Source: Methanobacteriota archaeon
GTDB lineage: Archaea; Thermoplasmatota; Poseidoniia; Poseidoniales; Poseidoniaceae
Assembly: GCA_018662825.1 (NCBI GenBank)
Contig: JABJFI010000039.1
Coordinates: 13,643-77,642, forward strand
Direction: 5' to 3'
Length of the DNA stretch: 64,000 bases
In this document: piece after piece, positions 45,149 to 53,978 of the stretch
Layout of the letters: every line of letters starts with the position of its first letter
Numbering within the stretch: position 1 is the stretch's first letter
Notes under the pieces: generated by a model
Databases searched by the model: none
What the model was told of the DNA's origin: nothing
The model's input: the letters and a program-made list of their open reading frames with translations, nothing else
Made by a program: the position numbers and the translations under genes

Positions 45149-45933
45149 TCCGGTTGAAAATTAGGTTTTCTCTTTTCGATGAAGGCAGTCACGCCCTCTT
45201 TGAATGCGGCAGTTGTTCCTGCGGCTTCTATGAGCGTCCGCTCATGCTTAAGATGGGTTTCGAAATCATGAATCGATTGGACATCGAGTAAATGCTTCGT
45301 CGCTTCTTTTGTGTGATTACCCCATTGACTCCAACGCCCGGCCATCTCGCAAGCCGCATCAATGAGATTTTCATCTCCAACCAACGCATCAATTGCACCA
45401 ACTGAAACACATTGCTCAGCATCCCAAATCTCGTTTTCAAAAAAGAATCTTCGACTCACTTGATTGCCGACCAGTCGAGGTAAGAGCCAAGTTGTACCGC
45501 CATCCGGTGACAGTCCCATACCCGAATAGGATGCAGCCATTTTTGCTTTTGGAGAAGCGATTCGTGCATCACAAGCCAGAGCTAACCCAAGTCCACCACC
45601 AGCACATGCGCCATTGATGGCTGCAATGGAGATGGTTGATGATTGTCGCATACGAATTAGTAAGGGATGAAGAAGTCCAGTCAAATCACGAATTAATTGA
45701 GGCGCATCTTCATCTTCGATTGACTGAGCAAAAGCATGAATGTCGGCGCCGGCTGAGAAGAACTTTCCTTCTCCAGTTAGCACGATTGCTCGAACATGAG
45801 GGTGGGTAAGTCCAGCATCGATTGCTTGAGCAATTTGGGGAAGAAATTCCCGAGAGAAAGATTGGGTGGCTGATTGTCCAGAAAATTGAATCAAACGTAT
45901 TCCATTCTCAAGTTCAGTTGATGTTACGGACAT
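45145..45933 (-). CDS. Enoyl-CoA hydratase/isomerase family protein
   Basis: Shows crotonase motifs (FFSAGADI, INGACAGGGLGLALACDARIA). Confidence 0.8.
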   Translation of the reverse strand: MSVTSTELENGIRLIQFSGQSATQSFSREFLPQIAQAIDAGLTHPHVRAIVLTGEGKFFSAGADIHAFAQSIEDEDAPQLIRDLTGLLHPLLIRMRQSSTISIAAINGACAGGGLGLALACDARIASPKAKMAASYSGMGLSPDGGTTWLLPRLVGNQVSRRFFFENEIWDAEQCVSVGAIDALVGDENLIDAACEMAGRWSQWGNHTKEATKHLLDVQSIHDFETHLKHERTLIEAAGTTAAFKEGVTAFIEKRKPNFQPE

Positions 45934-45942
45934 GGTACTTCC

Positions 45943-47391
45943 TCAAAGTTTGATGTTAACGTTCTTGACTTTAGTGTAGAATCGAAGCGCATCTTTACTT
46001 TGCTCAATACCGATACCAGATTGCTTCCATCCGGTAAATGCAGTTTGAGGGAACGTAATGGGGTATTCATTGATGGAGACCATTCCGCTTTCTAATTCAC
46101 GGGCCATATTGTGTGCTCGACTCAAGTTATTTGTCCAAATCCCATTTAACAATCCAAAAGGAGAGTCATTGGCTAATGCTAATGCCTCAGCATCCTCAGA
46201 GAAAGTAGTTACAGCCAAAACTGGCCCGAATAATTCTTCATTGAACAAGAGATTTTGATTGTCTATTCCAGTTACAACAGTTGCTTCCATAAATGCTCCA
46301 TCGCCTTCAATCTCTTTCCCTCCACAGACAACAGTTCCACCCATGGCTAAACCTGCCTGCAATTTTTCCATGACTTCAGCACGGTGATTTTGATGAACAA
46401 GACTTCCAATTCGCACGCCTTCTTCCATTCCAGGTCCGACTTTCCATTTAGCGACTTCAGCCACGACTGCATCGACCAATTCATCGTGTACATCTTCATG
46501 AACAATGAGTCGGGAACCAGCCCAGCACATTTGTCCAGCATTCATGAAAATACCAAAACATATCGCTTTGGCAGCGTATCGAAGGTTGGCATCTGAAAAG
46601 ACGATATTTGCACCTTTTCCACCTAGTTCAAGGGTGACAGGAGTAAGATTTTCACTGGCTTTTGCCATTACGGTTTGTCCGGTAGGAACACCACCGGTGA
46701 GGACAATACCATCGACGCCTTTGTGACCAGCAAGAGCATCACCAATTAGACCGCCAGAGCCTGTTATAATTTGGAGAACACCCGTTGGAAGTCCGACTTC
46801 TGCTTCTTCCATTGCCCTTGCCCATGCGAGTAGGGACAGTGGAGTCCATGATGCAGGTTTTGCAATCACGGTGCATCCGGCTGCTAGAGCAGGAGCAATT
46901 GAACGAATAGCGAGTTGGAGCGGAAAATTCCAAGGAATGATGTGAACGGTTACACCAAGAGGTTGGCGTAATGTGTAGTTGAGGCGGTTTCCTGGAACAG
47001 GTATTGTGCTTCCTTCAATTTTATCTGAAAGTCCAGCAAAGTATTCTAATGTCCACGCACCATAGCGAATTTCAGACAAGGCTTCACGAAAAGTCTTGCC
47101 ATTATTATTGGATTCTAATACTGCAAGTTCCTTTGCTTTGGCATAGGTTGCCTGTGCCATTTTGTTGAGAATACGTCCACGTTGAGCAGGGTCCATATTT
47201 TTCCAAGTTGTGTCGTTGAAAGCAGCCCTAGATGCTTCCACAGCACGGTTAACATCACCAAGAGTTGCTTTTGGTGTCGTCGCCATGATATCACCTGTAG
47301 CGGGGTTGAGAATATCGGCTGTCCCACCATCTTCTGCATCACACCATTCACCAGCAATCGACATTTGTTCTGCGCTCATGTTCCACTCCAA
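45943..47391 (-). CDS. NAD(P)-dependent aldehyde dehydrogenase
   Basis: Carries LTGGVPTGQ, LELGGKG, the catalytic Cys in GQMCWAGSR, and EELFGP. The start may be the Met at 47379. Confidence 0.85.
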   Translation of the reverse strand: MEWNMSAEQMSIAGEWCDAEDGGTADILNPATGDIMATTPKATLGDVNRAVEASRAAFNDTTWKNMDPAQRGRILNKMAQATYAKAKELAVLESNNNGKTFREALSEIRYGAWTLEYFAGLSDKIEGSTIPVPGNRLNYTLRQPLGVTVHIIPWNFPLQLAIRSIAPALAAGCTVIAKPASWTPLSLLAWARAMEEAEVGLPTGVLQIITGSGGLIGDALAGHKGVDGIVLTGGVPTGQTVMAKASENLTPVTLELGGKGANIVFSDANLRYAAKAICFGIFMNAGQMCWAGSRLIVHEDVHDELVDAVVAEVAKWKVGPGMEEGVRIGSLVHQNHRAEVMEKLQAGLAMGGTVVCGGKEIEGDGAFMEATVVTGIDNQNLLFNEELFGPVLAVTTFSEDAEALALANDSPFGLLNGIWTNNLSRAHNMARELESGMVSINEYPITFPQTAFTGWKQSGIGIEQSKDALRFYTKVKNVNIKL

Positions 47392-47499
47392 GCGTTATCC
47401 CCTCAAAGGTATTCGCTTGCTAAGACTTGCTTTGAAAGAAAGGTGAAGCAATGGCTACAGTAGAAAAGACTCTTGAAGCGAGTTCACTGTGCATACAGT

Positions 47500-48165
47500 A
47501 TGGCTCGAGAGATAGGTTTGGCAGAAGCGGCTGCTCGGACCATTGCAGACCGCGCCCCTCGCCTTCTGGTTATCGCTGGAGCAACAGGTACTGGAAAATC
47601 TACAGCATCGGTGCAACTTGCAGCAAAGAATGGCTTTGCTCGACTTCTTTCAACCGATGCAGTTCGAGAAATCATGCGTTCATGTGATGAGGAAAGAAGC
47701 GAACCTTCTCTTCACCGTTCATCTTTTTCACGAGGAGACTCTGGAGAGCCTGTCATCGATTGGTTGGATTCCTGTCAGGCAGTCGAAGGAGGAATCGTTG
47801 CGACCATTGACCGGGCTCGGCGCGAGGGAATTGATTTGTTGATAGAAGGGGTTCACATCAATCCTAGTGAGCGATTACTTCGCAGTTGGCGTGAAGCAGG
47901 TGGAATTGCGATTGGATTGGTGATGATGGTTGGTGAAGAAGACCGGCATCGCTCAATGATTCGTTCACGAGATGCTCATTCATTCCGACGTGCAGATCGC
48001 TATTTGGCTGCATTTACTCGGATTCGTGCAATTCAAGATGGATTGATTGAACGGGCTAAAATTGCTTCTTGGCCAATTGTTGACTTATCAAGAGTTAGCA
48101 AAGATACTGAACGCATCGAGCATTTGATGGACTTGGCTTGGAATGAACATGTTCAACGTCGCTAA
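47500..48165 (+). CDS. P-loop kinase of the 2-phosphoglycerate-kinase-like family
   Basis: Has the Walker A motif IAGATGTGKST followed by LLSTDAVREIMR. The assignment is from memory of archaeal 2PGK-like proteins. The ORF track starts at a TTG at 47473. Confidence 0.45.
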   Translation: MAREIGLAEAAARTIADRAPRLLVIAGATGTGKSTASVQLAAKNGFARLLSTDAVREIMRSCDEERSEPSLHRSSFSRGDSGEPVIDWLDSCQAVEGGIVATIDRARREGIDLLIEGVHINPSERLLRSWREAGGIAIGLVMMVGEEDRHRSMIRSRDAHSFRRADRYLAAFTRIRAIQDGLIERAKIASWPIVDLSRVSKDTERIEHLMDLAWNEHVQRR

Positions 48166-48617
48166 GCATGTGCCACATCAAAGGCGATAGGGATTGTAAG
48201 CATTGCAGAGCCATCAGAAATTCCTAATTCTCCAGAGAAATGAAGTATAGTTGGCGAGGTTTCATTCACTTGAATATCGATGAGTTTGATTTCTACTCCA
48301 CGTAGTTCACCATGGTAGAGTATGTCATCGTGGACACTTTGAAAGGCGAGTTCTCCTGCTTGAAGTGGTTCAAGTCCACCATTTATCCATAATTGTGTGC
48401 GCGCTTGGGTAAGTTCCGGAACGGCATCCACAACTTCCTGTGAAGTTACCAATACGCCATCAGATGCGGTATCATGTGGCATTGTGAGTCCTGCGACTTT
48501 GACTCCGAAGATGGCCATAGAAAGCAAAGACATTAGCAAGACTACGCCAGTTGCAAGTAACATTTGTCCTGCATCTCGGTCTTCATGTGATGAATTAGAA
48601 GAAGTGGGACGCATCAT
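48162..48617 (-). CDS. Putative type IV pilin-like protein (class III signal peptide)
   Basis: Has a charged N-terminus, then DAG|QMLLATGVVLLMSLLSMAIFGV. Its ATGA start overlaps the stop of the upstream gene. It is the last gene of the pilus operon. Confidence 0.35.
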   Translation of the reverse strand: MMRPTSSNSSHEDRDAGQMLLATGVVLLMSLLSMAIFGVKVAGLTMPHDTASDGVLVTSQEVVDAVPELTQARTQLWINGGLEPLQAGELAFQSVHDDILYHGELRGVEIKLIDIQVNETSPTILHFSGELGISDGSAMLTIPIAFDVAHA

Positions 48618-49054
48618 GCACCACCTCCGCGGTTCCAAACATCAAGAGTAACCGACCAAGAATGTTCATCGATAGCGAGGAGATGATGAACAGTTACCGT
48701 CTCTCCCGAAGGTGTACCTGTGTTGCCATAAGGCACGGAAGTTCCGCTGTTCTGTGCCAACCAACAATTCGCTTCCTTTCCTGCAGCAATCTGATTTTGC
48801 AGGATAAGACAGGCTTCATCAAGTTCTCCATTTTCCAATAATTCACTCAATCTGTTTTCACCCGATACTTCGGCCTCAAGACCCAAGCCATATCGAAAAG
48901 CATCATCTCCAGTAATTTCTAACGCTGCATCGTGGGCAACAGAAGGTGCATCTGGAACATGAATCCGGATAAGGAAGGTGGCTGACATGAAGAAAAGCCA
49001 AAACAAAGTCAGCATCTCGAGGATGTGTACTTGAGCATCTTCTTCATGACGCAT
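48614..49054 (-). CDS. Putative type IV pilin-like protein (class III signal peptide)
   Basis: The N-terminus MRHEEDA|QVHILEMLTLFWLFFMSATFLI resembles the archaeal prepilin Q-x-x-x-E pattern followed by a hydrophobic helix. Confidence 0.35.
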   Translation of the reverse strand: MRHEEDAQVHILEMLTLFWLFFMSATFLIRIHVPDAPSVAHDAALEITGDDAFRYGLGLEAEVSGENRLSELLENGELDEACLILQNQIAAGKEANCWLAQNSGTSVPYGNTGTPSGETVTVHHLLAIDEHSWSVTLDVWNRGGGA

Positions 49055-49058
49055 TTAA

Positions 49059-50642
49059 TCACCCAAAGGACATCGATTGAGGTACGAAAGAACCCGAAGA
49101 AGGGTTCAGCCCTGGCACTTCAGTAACTCCAATCAAATTTGGCGTAAACGCCAAGAAATTGAAAACAAGTAAAGAGACTATAATCATCATTCCCGAGTGT
49201 TTGAATCCTGTTGAAAATCGACCAGTTGACATCAATCCTGCCATTGTGCCATTTCCGACTGCTTGCATTGTTACACCATAATAAAATACGGTCAAGAAAA
49301 ACAAGGGGTCGATGTTTCGAATGGTCATGTTTCCAATTGTTTGGCCTCCACTGTCTCCAGCGTCTCCACCACTGGAGTTTGAACCAGCAATAGCAGGAAT
49401 AAAGACAACTGCGAGTGTGACAATGACGCCAAGGAAAACGAAATATGAAGTCCAAATAACCGCAATGTATGATCCAATCGCTCGTTTCCGTTCTCCTTCA
49501 AGGAATTTTAATTCACGAGAATCGTTTGCAGCTGTGACTAGAATATCCGAGATTTTTCCTCCCGCACGATCTGCTTCTGCAATCAATGCAATTGCTCTTT
49601 GAACAAGTGGCGTTCCGACGCGGTCAGCAAATAGTTTGATTACATCACTAAATTTAATTCCCCAACTGAGTTGGTCTGACATTTTCTTGACTTCGTCATT
49701 CAATGCACCATATTCGGAGGTAGCAAGTGTTTGAATCGCGACGGTCATTGACAGACCACCTTTCCAGTATTCTGCTAAATCTCGTAAGAAATCAGGGAAT
49801 TTTTCTTCGACTTCGTTCTTGGCATTCTCTACCCGTTCCCAGTAATAGGAGGCAGGGTAGATGGAGAAAAAGAACATCAATCCAAAGAAGTTGAGGAAAA
49901 TAAAGGGGCGAAGTGATTTCGCTCCTAAGTTTACTTCTGGTCCAAGCCAAAACGACTTATTGTTCATGTTTGAAGGAATTCCATCAAAGTAGTGAACAGT
50001 CATGTCAAAGGAAACCGATGAAAGTCGCTTCCCCTCCTCCTTAGAAAATACAACGAGTTCATATCGAGTATCGGGGGGTATAGAGGCTATCTCAATTTTA
50101 CAATTCGGGTCGGTACCGTCGAATTCTGTAGTTCCAGAATAATCACCCAATACATCGCCATCGCTGGAACGAATGGCAATGATATAATCGGTTTGTGTAT
50201 CTGAAGTGACACTACAATTTACCCATAGAGGTTGAAAAACAGCCACTCCGCCAGTTTGTTCAGGGCCGACACCAGGAACATCGAAATTTTTACCTTGTTT
50301 ACTAACCGACTTCCATTCTTCCCCTTCCCAAACGACACGATCAGGTGCATCTTGGAGAATTTGACATGATTGATTTGCAGCATAATCCGGTTTGACATTG
50401 GTGTTGAAATGTTGGCCCATAGAGTTGCCTTGGGAATCTTGTGCAGTCATTCCACAATATAAATTGGTAAACATTGGTTCGCCGTTCGTTGTTGGAATAA
50501 ATCCTGAGTTTGTAGCCCAAAAAGTGGCAGTTCCCAAACCAAGTAAAATAGATACGAAGAGAATGGCATACAGTTTTGTCAAAGTAGAATCATCCTTTGG
50601 TAGGTCAAGTTTAACAGTAATTTTCACCTTTTTCCGCGCCAT
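49059..50642 (-). CDS. TadC/FlaJ-like pilus platform protein (T2SSF domain) with large extracellular N-terminal insertion
   Basis: The ATG at 50642 is preceded by GAGGAGGTGA. The layout is a TM, a ~220-aa beta-rich domain with four Cys, then a T2SSF-like cytoplasmic domain (FLRDLAEYWKGGLSM...ALIAEADRAGG) and C-terminal TMs. Confidence 0.55.
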   Translation of the reverse strand: MARKKVKITVKLDLPKDDSTLTKLYAILFVSILLGLGTATFWATNSGFIPTTNGEPMFTNLYCGMTAQDSQGNSMGQHFNTNVKPDYAANQSCQILQDAPDRVVWEGEEWKSVSKQGKNFDVPGVGPEQTGGVAVFQPLWVNCSVTSDTQTDYIIAIRSSDGDVLGDYSGTTEFDGTDPNCKIEIASIPPDTRYELVVFSKEEGKRLSSVSFDMTVHYFDGIPSNMNNKSFWLGPEVNLGAKSLRPFIFLNFFGLMFFFSIYPASYYWERVENAKNEVEEKFPDFLRDLAEYWKGGLSMTVAIQTLATSEYGALNDEVKKMSDQLSWGIKFSDVIKLFADRVGTPLVQRAIALIAEADRAGGKISDILVTAANDSRELKFLEGERKRAIGSYIAVIWTSYFVFLGVIVTLAVVFIPAIAGSNSSGGDAGDSGGQTIGNMTIRNIDPLFFLTVFYYGVTMQAVGNGTMAGLMSTGRFSTGFKHSGMMIIVSLLVFNFLAFTPNLIGVTEVPGLNPSSGSFVPQSMSFG

Positions 50643-50656
50643 ATATTCACCTCCTC

Positions 50657-51676
50657 TCACATTTCTTGTTCCTTACTACTTGTCCAAACTAATATTGCAT
50701 ATGCAATGTGAATCATTGGCACAAAGCCAAGAACAATTCCATACAACATGCCTTCAGACATTTGTGCACCCGAGCCTGAAACCCAGAACATAATAACCAA
50801 CATAACAATCAAAAACAGAGGCATAGCCACTGCAACTACAATGTATGATTCAGCAAGCAGAGCGATTGATTCCAAGAACATCTGCAATCTTGTTCTGTTT
50901 TCACGCATGTAATGCTCTGCCCGATTTAAGAAATATAGCTTAAGTTGACCACCAGCAGTTAGTGTCCCCACCATCCCTTGGAAAAACTCCGTCAACCAAA
51001 CTGAAGCGGCCCTATCAACACTCATCTTCATCGCTGTGATTAAGTCATAACCAAGTAAGGTAACATCTCGGTAAACCATCGCAGCATCATCGGCGACATC
51101 TCCATAAATATCTTTATTCATTGCAAGAGATCTGAAAATCTTTGATGGTGTTGCATTTGCTGCAGACATTGCAGCAGTGTAAGATGCAGCATAAGGAAGA
51201 TATTTCTCAATCATAGTTCCACGACGTTCTGCTTCACGTTTTGCACCACCTTTGTTGAACTTATATGCACTATAAGGGATGATAAATCCTCCAAGGGATA
51301 CAATTAGTATTTTCAAAATTGGAGGGAACACTTGGTATGCAAAAAATTCACATCCATTTCCGGGTTTTGTTGGGTCGATTAAATCCTTATTCCAATATTC
51401 CCATTCAAAACAATATGAAACTGTGTCAGGGTCTTGGATACTTTCCCAAAATGCGATTACGCCAATGTCGGGGATGAAAAATAAAGCGACAAAACTCCAA
51501 CAAACCAATGTAATTGCAATCGAGGTGATGATAGTTGTTGCAAGATATACTTCGGGCATCATTGGCATTGAACCTTTGACTAAACTATCTGACAATTCCT
51601 TGTCTCGACGGGCTCGTTTCCGAAGTAAACGGCCGAGGAGGCGATTACTAATCCTCTGCCATGCGGTCAAGTCCAT
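50657..51676 (-). CDS. TadB/FlaJ-like pilus platform protein (T2SSF domain)
   Basis: 339 aa, with TM helices flanking a cytoplasmic helical domain. It sits between the ATPase and the TadC-like gene. Confidence 0.55.
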   Translation of the reverse strand: MDLTAWQRISNRLLGRLLRKRARRDKELSDSLVKGSMPMMPEVYLATTIITSIAITLVCWSFVALFFIPDIGVIAFWESIQDPDTVSYCFEWEYWNKDLIDPTKPGNGCEFFAYQVFPPILKILIVSLGGFIIPYSAYKFNKGGAKREAERRGTMIEKYLPYAASYTAAMSAANATPSKIFRSLAMNKDIYGDVADDAAMVYRDVTLLGYDLITAMKMSVDRAASVWLTEFFQGMVGTLTAGGQLKLYFLNRAEHYMRENRTRLQMFLESIALLAESYIVVAVAMPLFLIVMLVIMFWVSGSGAQMSEGMLYGIVLGFVPMIHIAYAILVWTSSKEQEM

Positions 51677-51699
51677 TGAATCACGCTCTTGTATTCCTT

Positions 51700-53226
51700 T
51701 CAGCGAAGCCCATCTACACGAGCCAAGATCTCAGTTGGCCGCACATAGTATTCTGTTACAATTTGAGAAACTTGGTCGGCTTTTCGAATATCGTTCAAAA
51801 CCATCCACTCCAATATTCGTTTTCTAGTGCGCAGTTCCCGACGCATATCATCTTGAGAATAATTGAGTTTCACCATAATCTTCTCTAAAACATAGGATTT
51901 GCCGCTAAAGATGAAATCGTCGGTGTTTACATCCCAACGAAATACTTCATTGGTGATGATTTCCAGAGAGTTAGGGTCGATTCCAACAATCTCCACCAAC
52001 TGCTTGGCCCGTCGAACACGTCTTCCATTAATACGAGTCTGGATTTGAATTACACATGCTTCCAAAGCTGGTAGAAGAACACGAGGTATGTCAATCGGTT
52101 TGTTTTCTAATCGGTGAACGAGAGAAGGGACAGAATCGGCGTGCACTGTTGAATAGGCACAGTGACCTGTAGCCATTGCCTGGAACAGAACGTAGGCTTC
52201 AGCACCACGAATTTCACCCACAATAATGTATTCTGGCCGCTCACGCAGTGCTGCTTTGAGCAACTCGAATTCTCCGATCACTCCTTCTGTTGATTCTCCA
52301 CCGAAACCTTGCCGAGTCAAACCTGGAACCCAGTTTGGTTGAGGAATGTTGACTTCACGGGTTGATTCAATGGAGACAATCTTCATTTGCCAAGGAATGA
52401 AAATACACATTGCATTGAGAGTAGTAGTCTTTCCGGATGCAGTTCCTCCGACAAACAGCATCGGAACTTCATTTTGGAATGCAATCCAAAGGTAGGCAAC
52501 CATCAAAGAAGACATGGTGCGGAATGCCACGATATCTGCTGGCGAAAACGGGTCATCTTTGAACCGTCGAATACAGAAAGCCGAACCTCTAGTCGAAATT
52601 TCATGTCCTAGTTTCATAACAATTCGAGAACCATCCATCAATGTAGCATCCAGCAATGGGTCTGCAACAGAAATGTGCTTTCCACAACGTTGAGCGAGTT
52701 TGATAACATAGGACTCTAGTTCATGATCAGTATTCCAAACACAAGTTGTTTCCACCGATTCGAATTTCCGGTGATAGGCAAAGATCGGCACACCGGTGCC
52801 GTCCATGGAGATATCTTCGACGTTAATGTCGTTCATTAGAACATCCATTTGCCCGTACCCGATAAGGTCGCGGCGCAAATAATAGAAAATTTTTGACTTT
52901 GATTTTTTGTTAATTTTCATGCCATAGGCTTTGATAACTTTATCCATAGCAGTACGAATGTATGCCTCTGGGTTTGCATCAATCTCTTCGATATTTGCTG
53001 TAAGAGAACGAATAAATATGTCAAGAATTTCATCACGGTATTCTTGTTCTCTTTTGGTCATCGGTGGTTCGATGATTTGGTAGATGATATTGAGTGTTTG
53101 CTTGTCACGAACAATGCGAGCAAAGGCGTGCGGTGGCAAGACTGGATACTTGTCAAGTTCGTCGTATTGGGCACGTTGTTTTGCCCGTTGACGCTTGCCT
53201 CCACCTTTGTTTTGTTTTCTCGCCAT
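51700..53226 (-). CDS. FlaI/TadA/VirB11-family type IV pilus or archaellum assembly ATPase
   Basis: Carries Walker A GGTASGKTT, Asp box/Walker B IIVGEIRGAEA, and His box STVHADS. The basic N-terminal tail and domain organisation are typical of archaeal PilB/ArlI. Confidence 0.85.
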   Translation of the reverse strand: MARKQNKGGGKRQRAKQRAQYDELDKYPVLPPHAFARIVRDKQTLNIIYQIIEPPMTKREQEYRDEILDIFIRSLTANIEEIDANPEAYIRTAMDKVIKAYGMKINKKSKSKIFYYLRRDLIGYGQMDVLMNDINVEDISMDGTGVPIFAYHRKFESVETTCVWNTDHELESYVIKLAQRCGKHISVADPLLDATLMDGSRIVMKLGHEISTRGSAFCIRRFKDDPFSPADIVAFRTMSSLMVAYLWIAFQNEVPMLFVGGTASGKTTTLNAMCIFIPWQMKIVSIESTREVNIPQPNWVPGLTRQGFGGESTEGVIGEFELLKAALRERPEYIIVGEIRGAEAYVLFQAMATGHCAYSTVHADSVPSLVHRLENKPIDIPRVLLPALEACVIQIQTRINGRRVRRAKQLVEIVGIDPNSLEIITNEVFRWDVNTDDFIFSGKSYVLEKIMVKLNYSQDDMRRELRTRKRILEWMVLNDIRKADQVSQIVTEYYVRPTEILARVDGLR

Positions 53227-53364
53227 ACGTGCACCCTCTGCCGAAGCAATTTATCACAGGCTATGGCCGACTATAACACTTGGGTGAAAAACGTACCTAA
53301 AATCGCCGCCCTGTGGTCCAATCGCAATAACGGCAAAACACCTCAATACAAACAGAGATAATTC

Positions 53365-53943
53365 TTAGTTTTTGAACGATTCAAGCCAGGCGAGGCAAGA
53401 GTCTCGAAAGAGAGGGAGTTCGACATTATTATCGATAATAAAATCGGACTCAGCAATGATTTGTTCCAGCCCCCAACCCCGTTCACGGGTATCACGGACC
53501 TCAAATGCTTGGCGATCGCCATCTTCTGAACGCCCACGATTTTGAATTCGAGAAAAACGTGTATCGGGAGATGCAACCACTGCCAATGAATAGAATTGTT
53601 CGCCCCAACGCTGTTCAAAAATGACCCGTTCAGCAGTCCCTCGCATTCCTTCAATCAGGACGATAGGGTGTGACTCAAGGTGGGAATCCACAGCATCGGA
53701 CAATCGTACTGCAAGAACATCTTCCCCATATTGAGCGCGTAATTGGGCTGCGATTTCACCAAAAATCCCAGGGCTTTCTTCAAGTTCTAAACGTTTCACT
53801 TCGGCACGCACCATGTCCCCCATTGAAAGGACAGGGATGTTGTTTTCAGATAGAACAGAGGCAAATTCTCCTTTTCCTGAACCCGGCATTCCGCATACTG
53901 CAACGACTCGGGCCATGTTTGAAGGGCGGAGTCGAACGCTCAT
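53365..53943 (-). CDS. UPF0200-like P-loop nucleotide kinase (adenylate / dephospho-CoA-kinase-like)
   Basis: VVAVCGMPGSGKGEFASVLSENNIPVLSMGDMVR resembles archaeal UPF0200 proteins. The ATG at 53943 has a GAGGT box upstream. The longer ORF reaches a TTG at 53982. Confidence 0.5.
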   Translation of the reverse strand: MSVRLRPSNMARVVAVCGMPGSGKGEFASVLSENNIPVLSMGDMVRAEVKRLELEESPGIFGEIAAQLRAQYGEDVLAVRLSDAVDSHLESHPIVLIEGMRGTAERVIFEQRWGEQFYSLAVVASPDTRFSRIQNRGRSEDGDRQAFEVRDTRERGWGLEQIIAESDFIIDNNVELPLFRDSCLAWLESFKN

Positions 53944-53978
53944 CAAGATACCTCTATTTGCGTATAATTGATGGCGTT

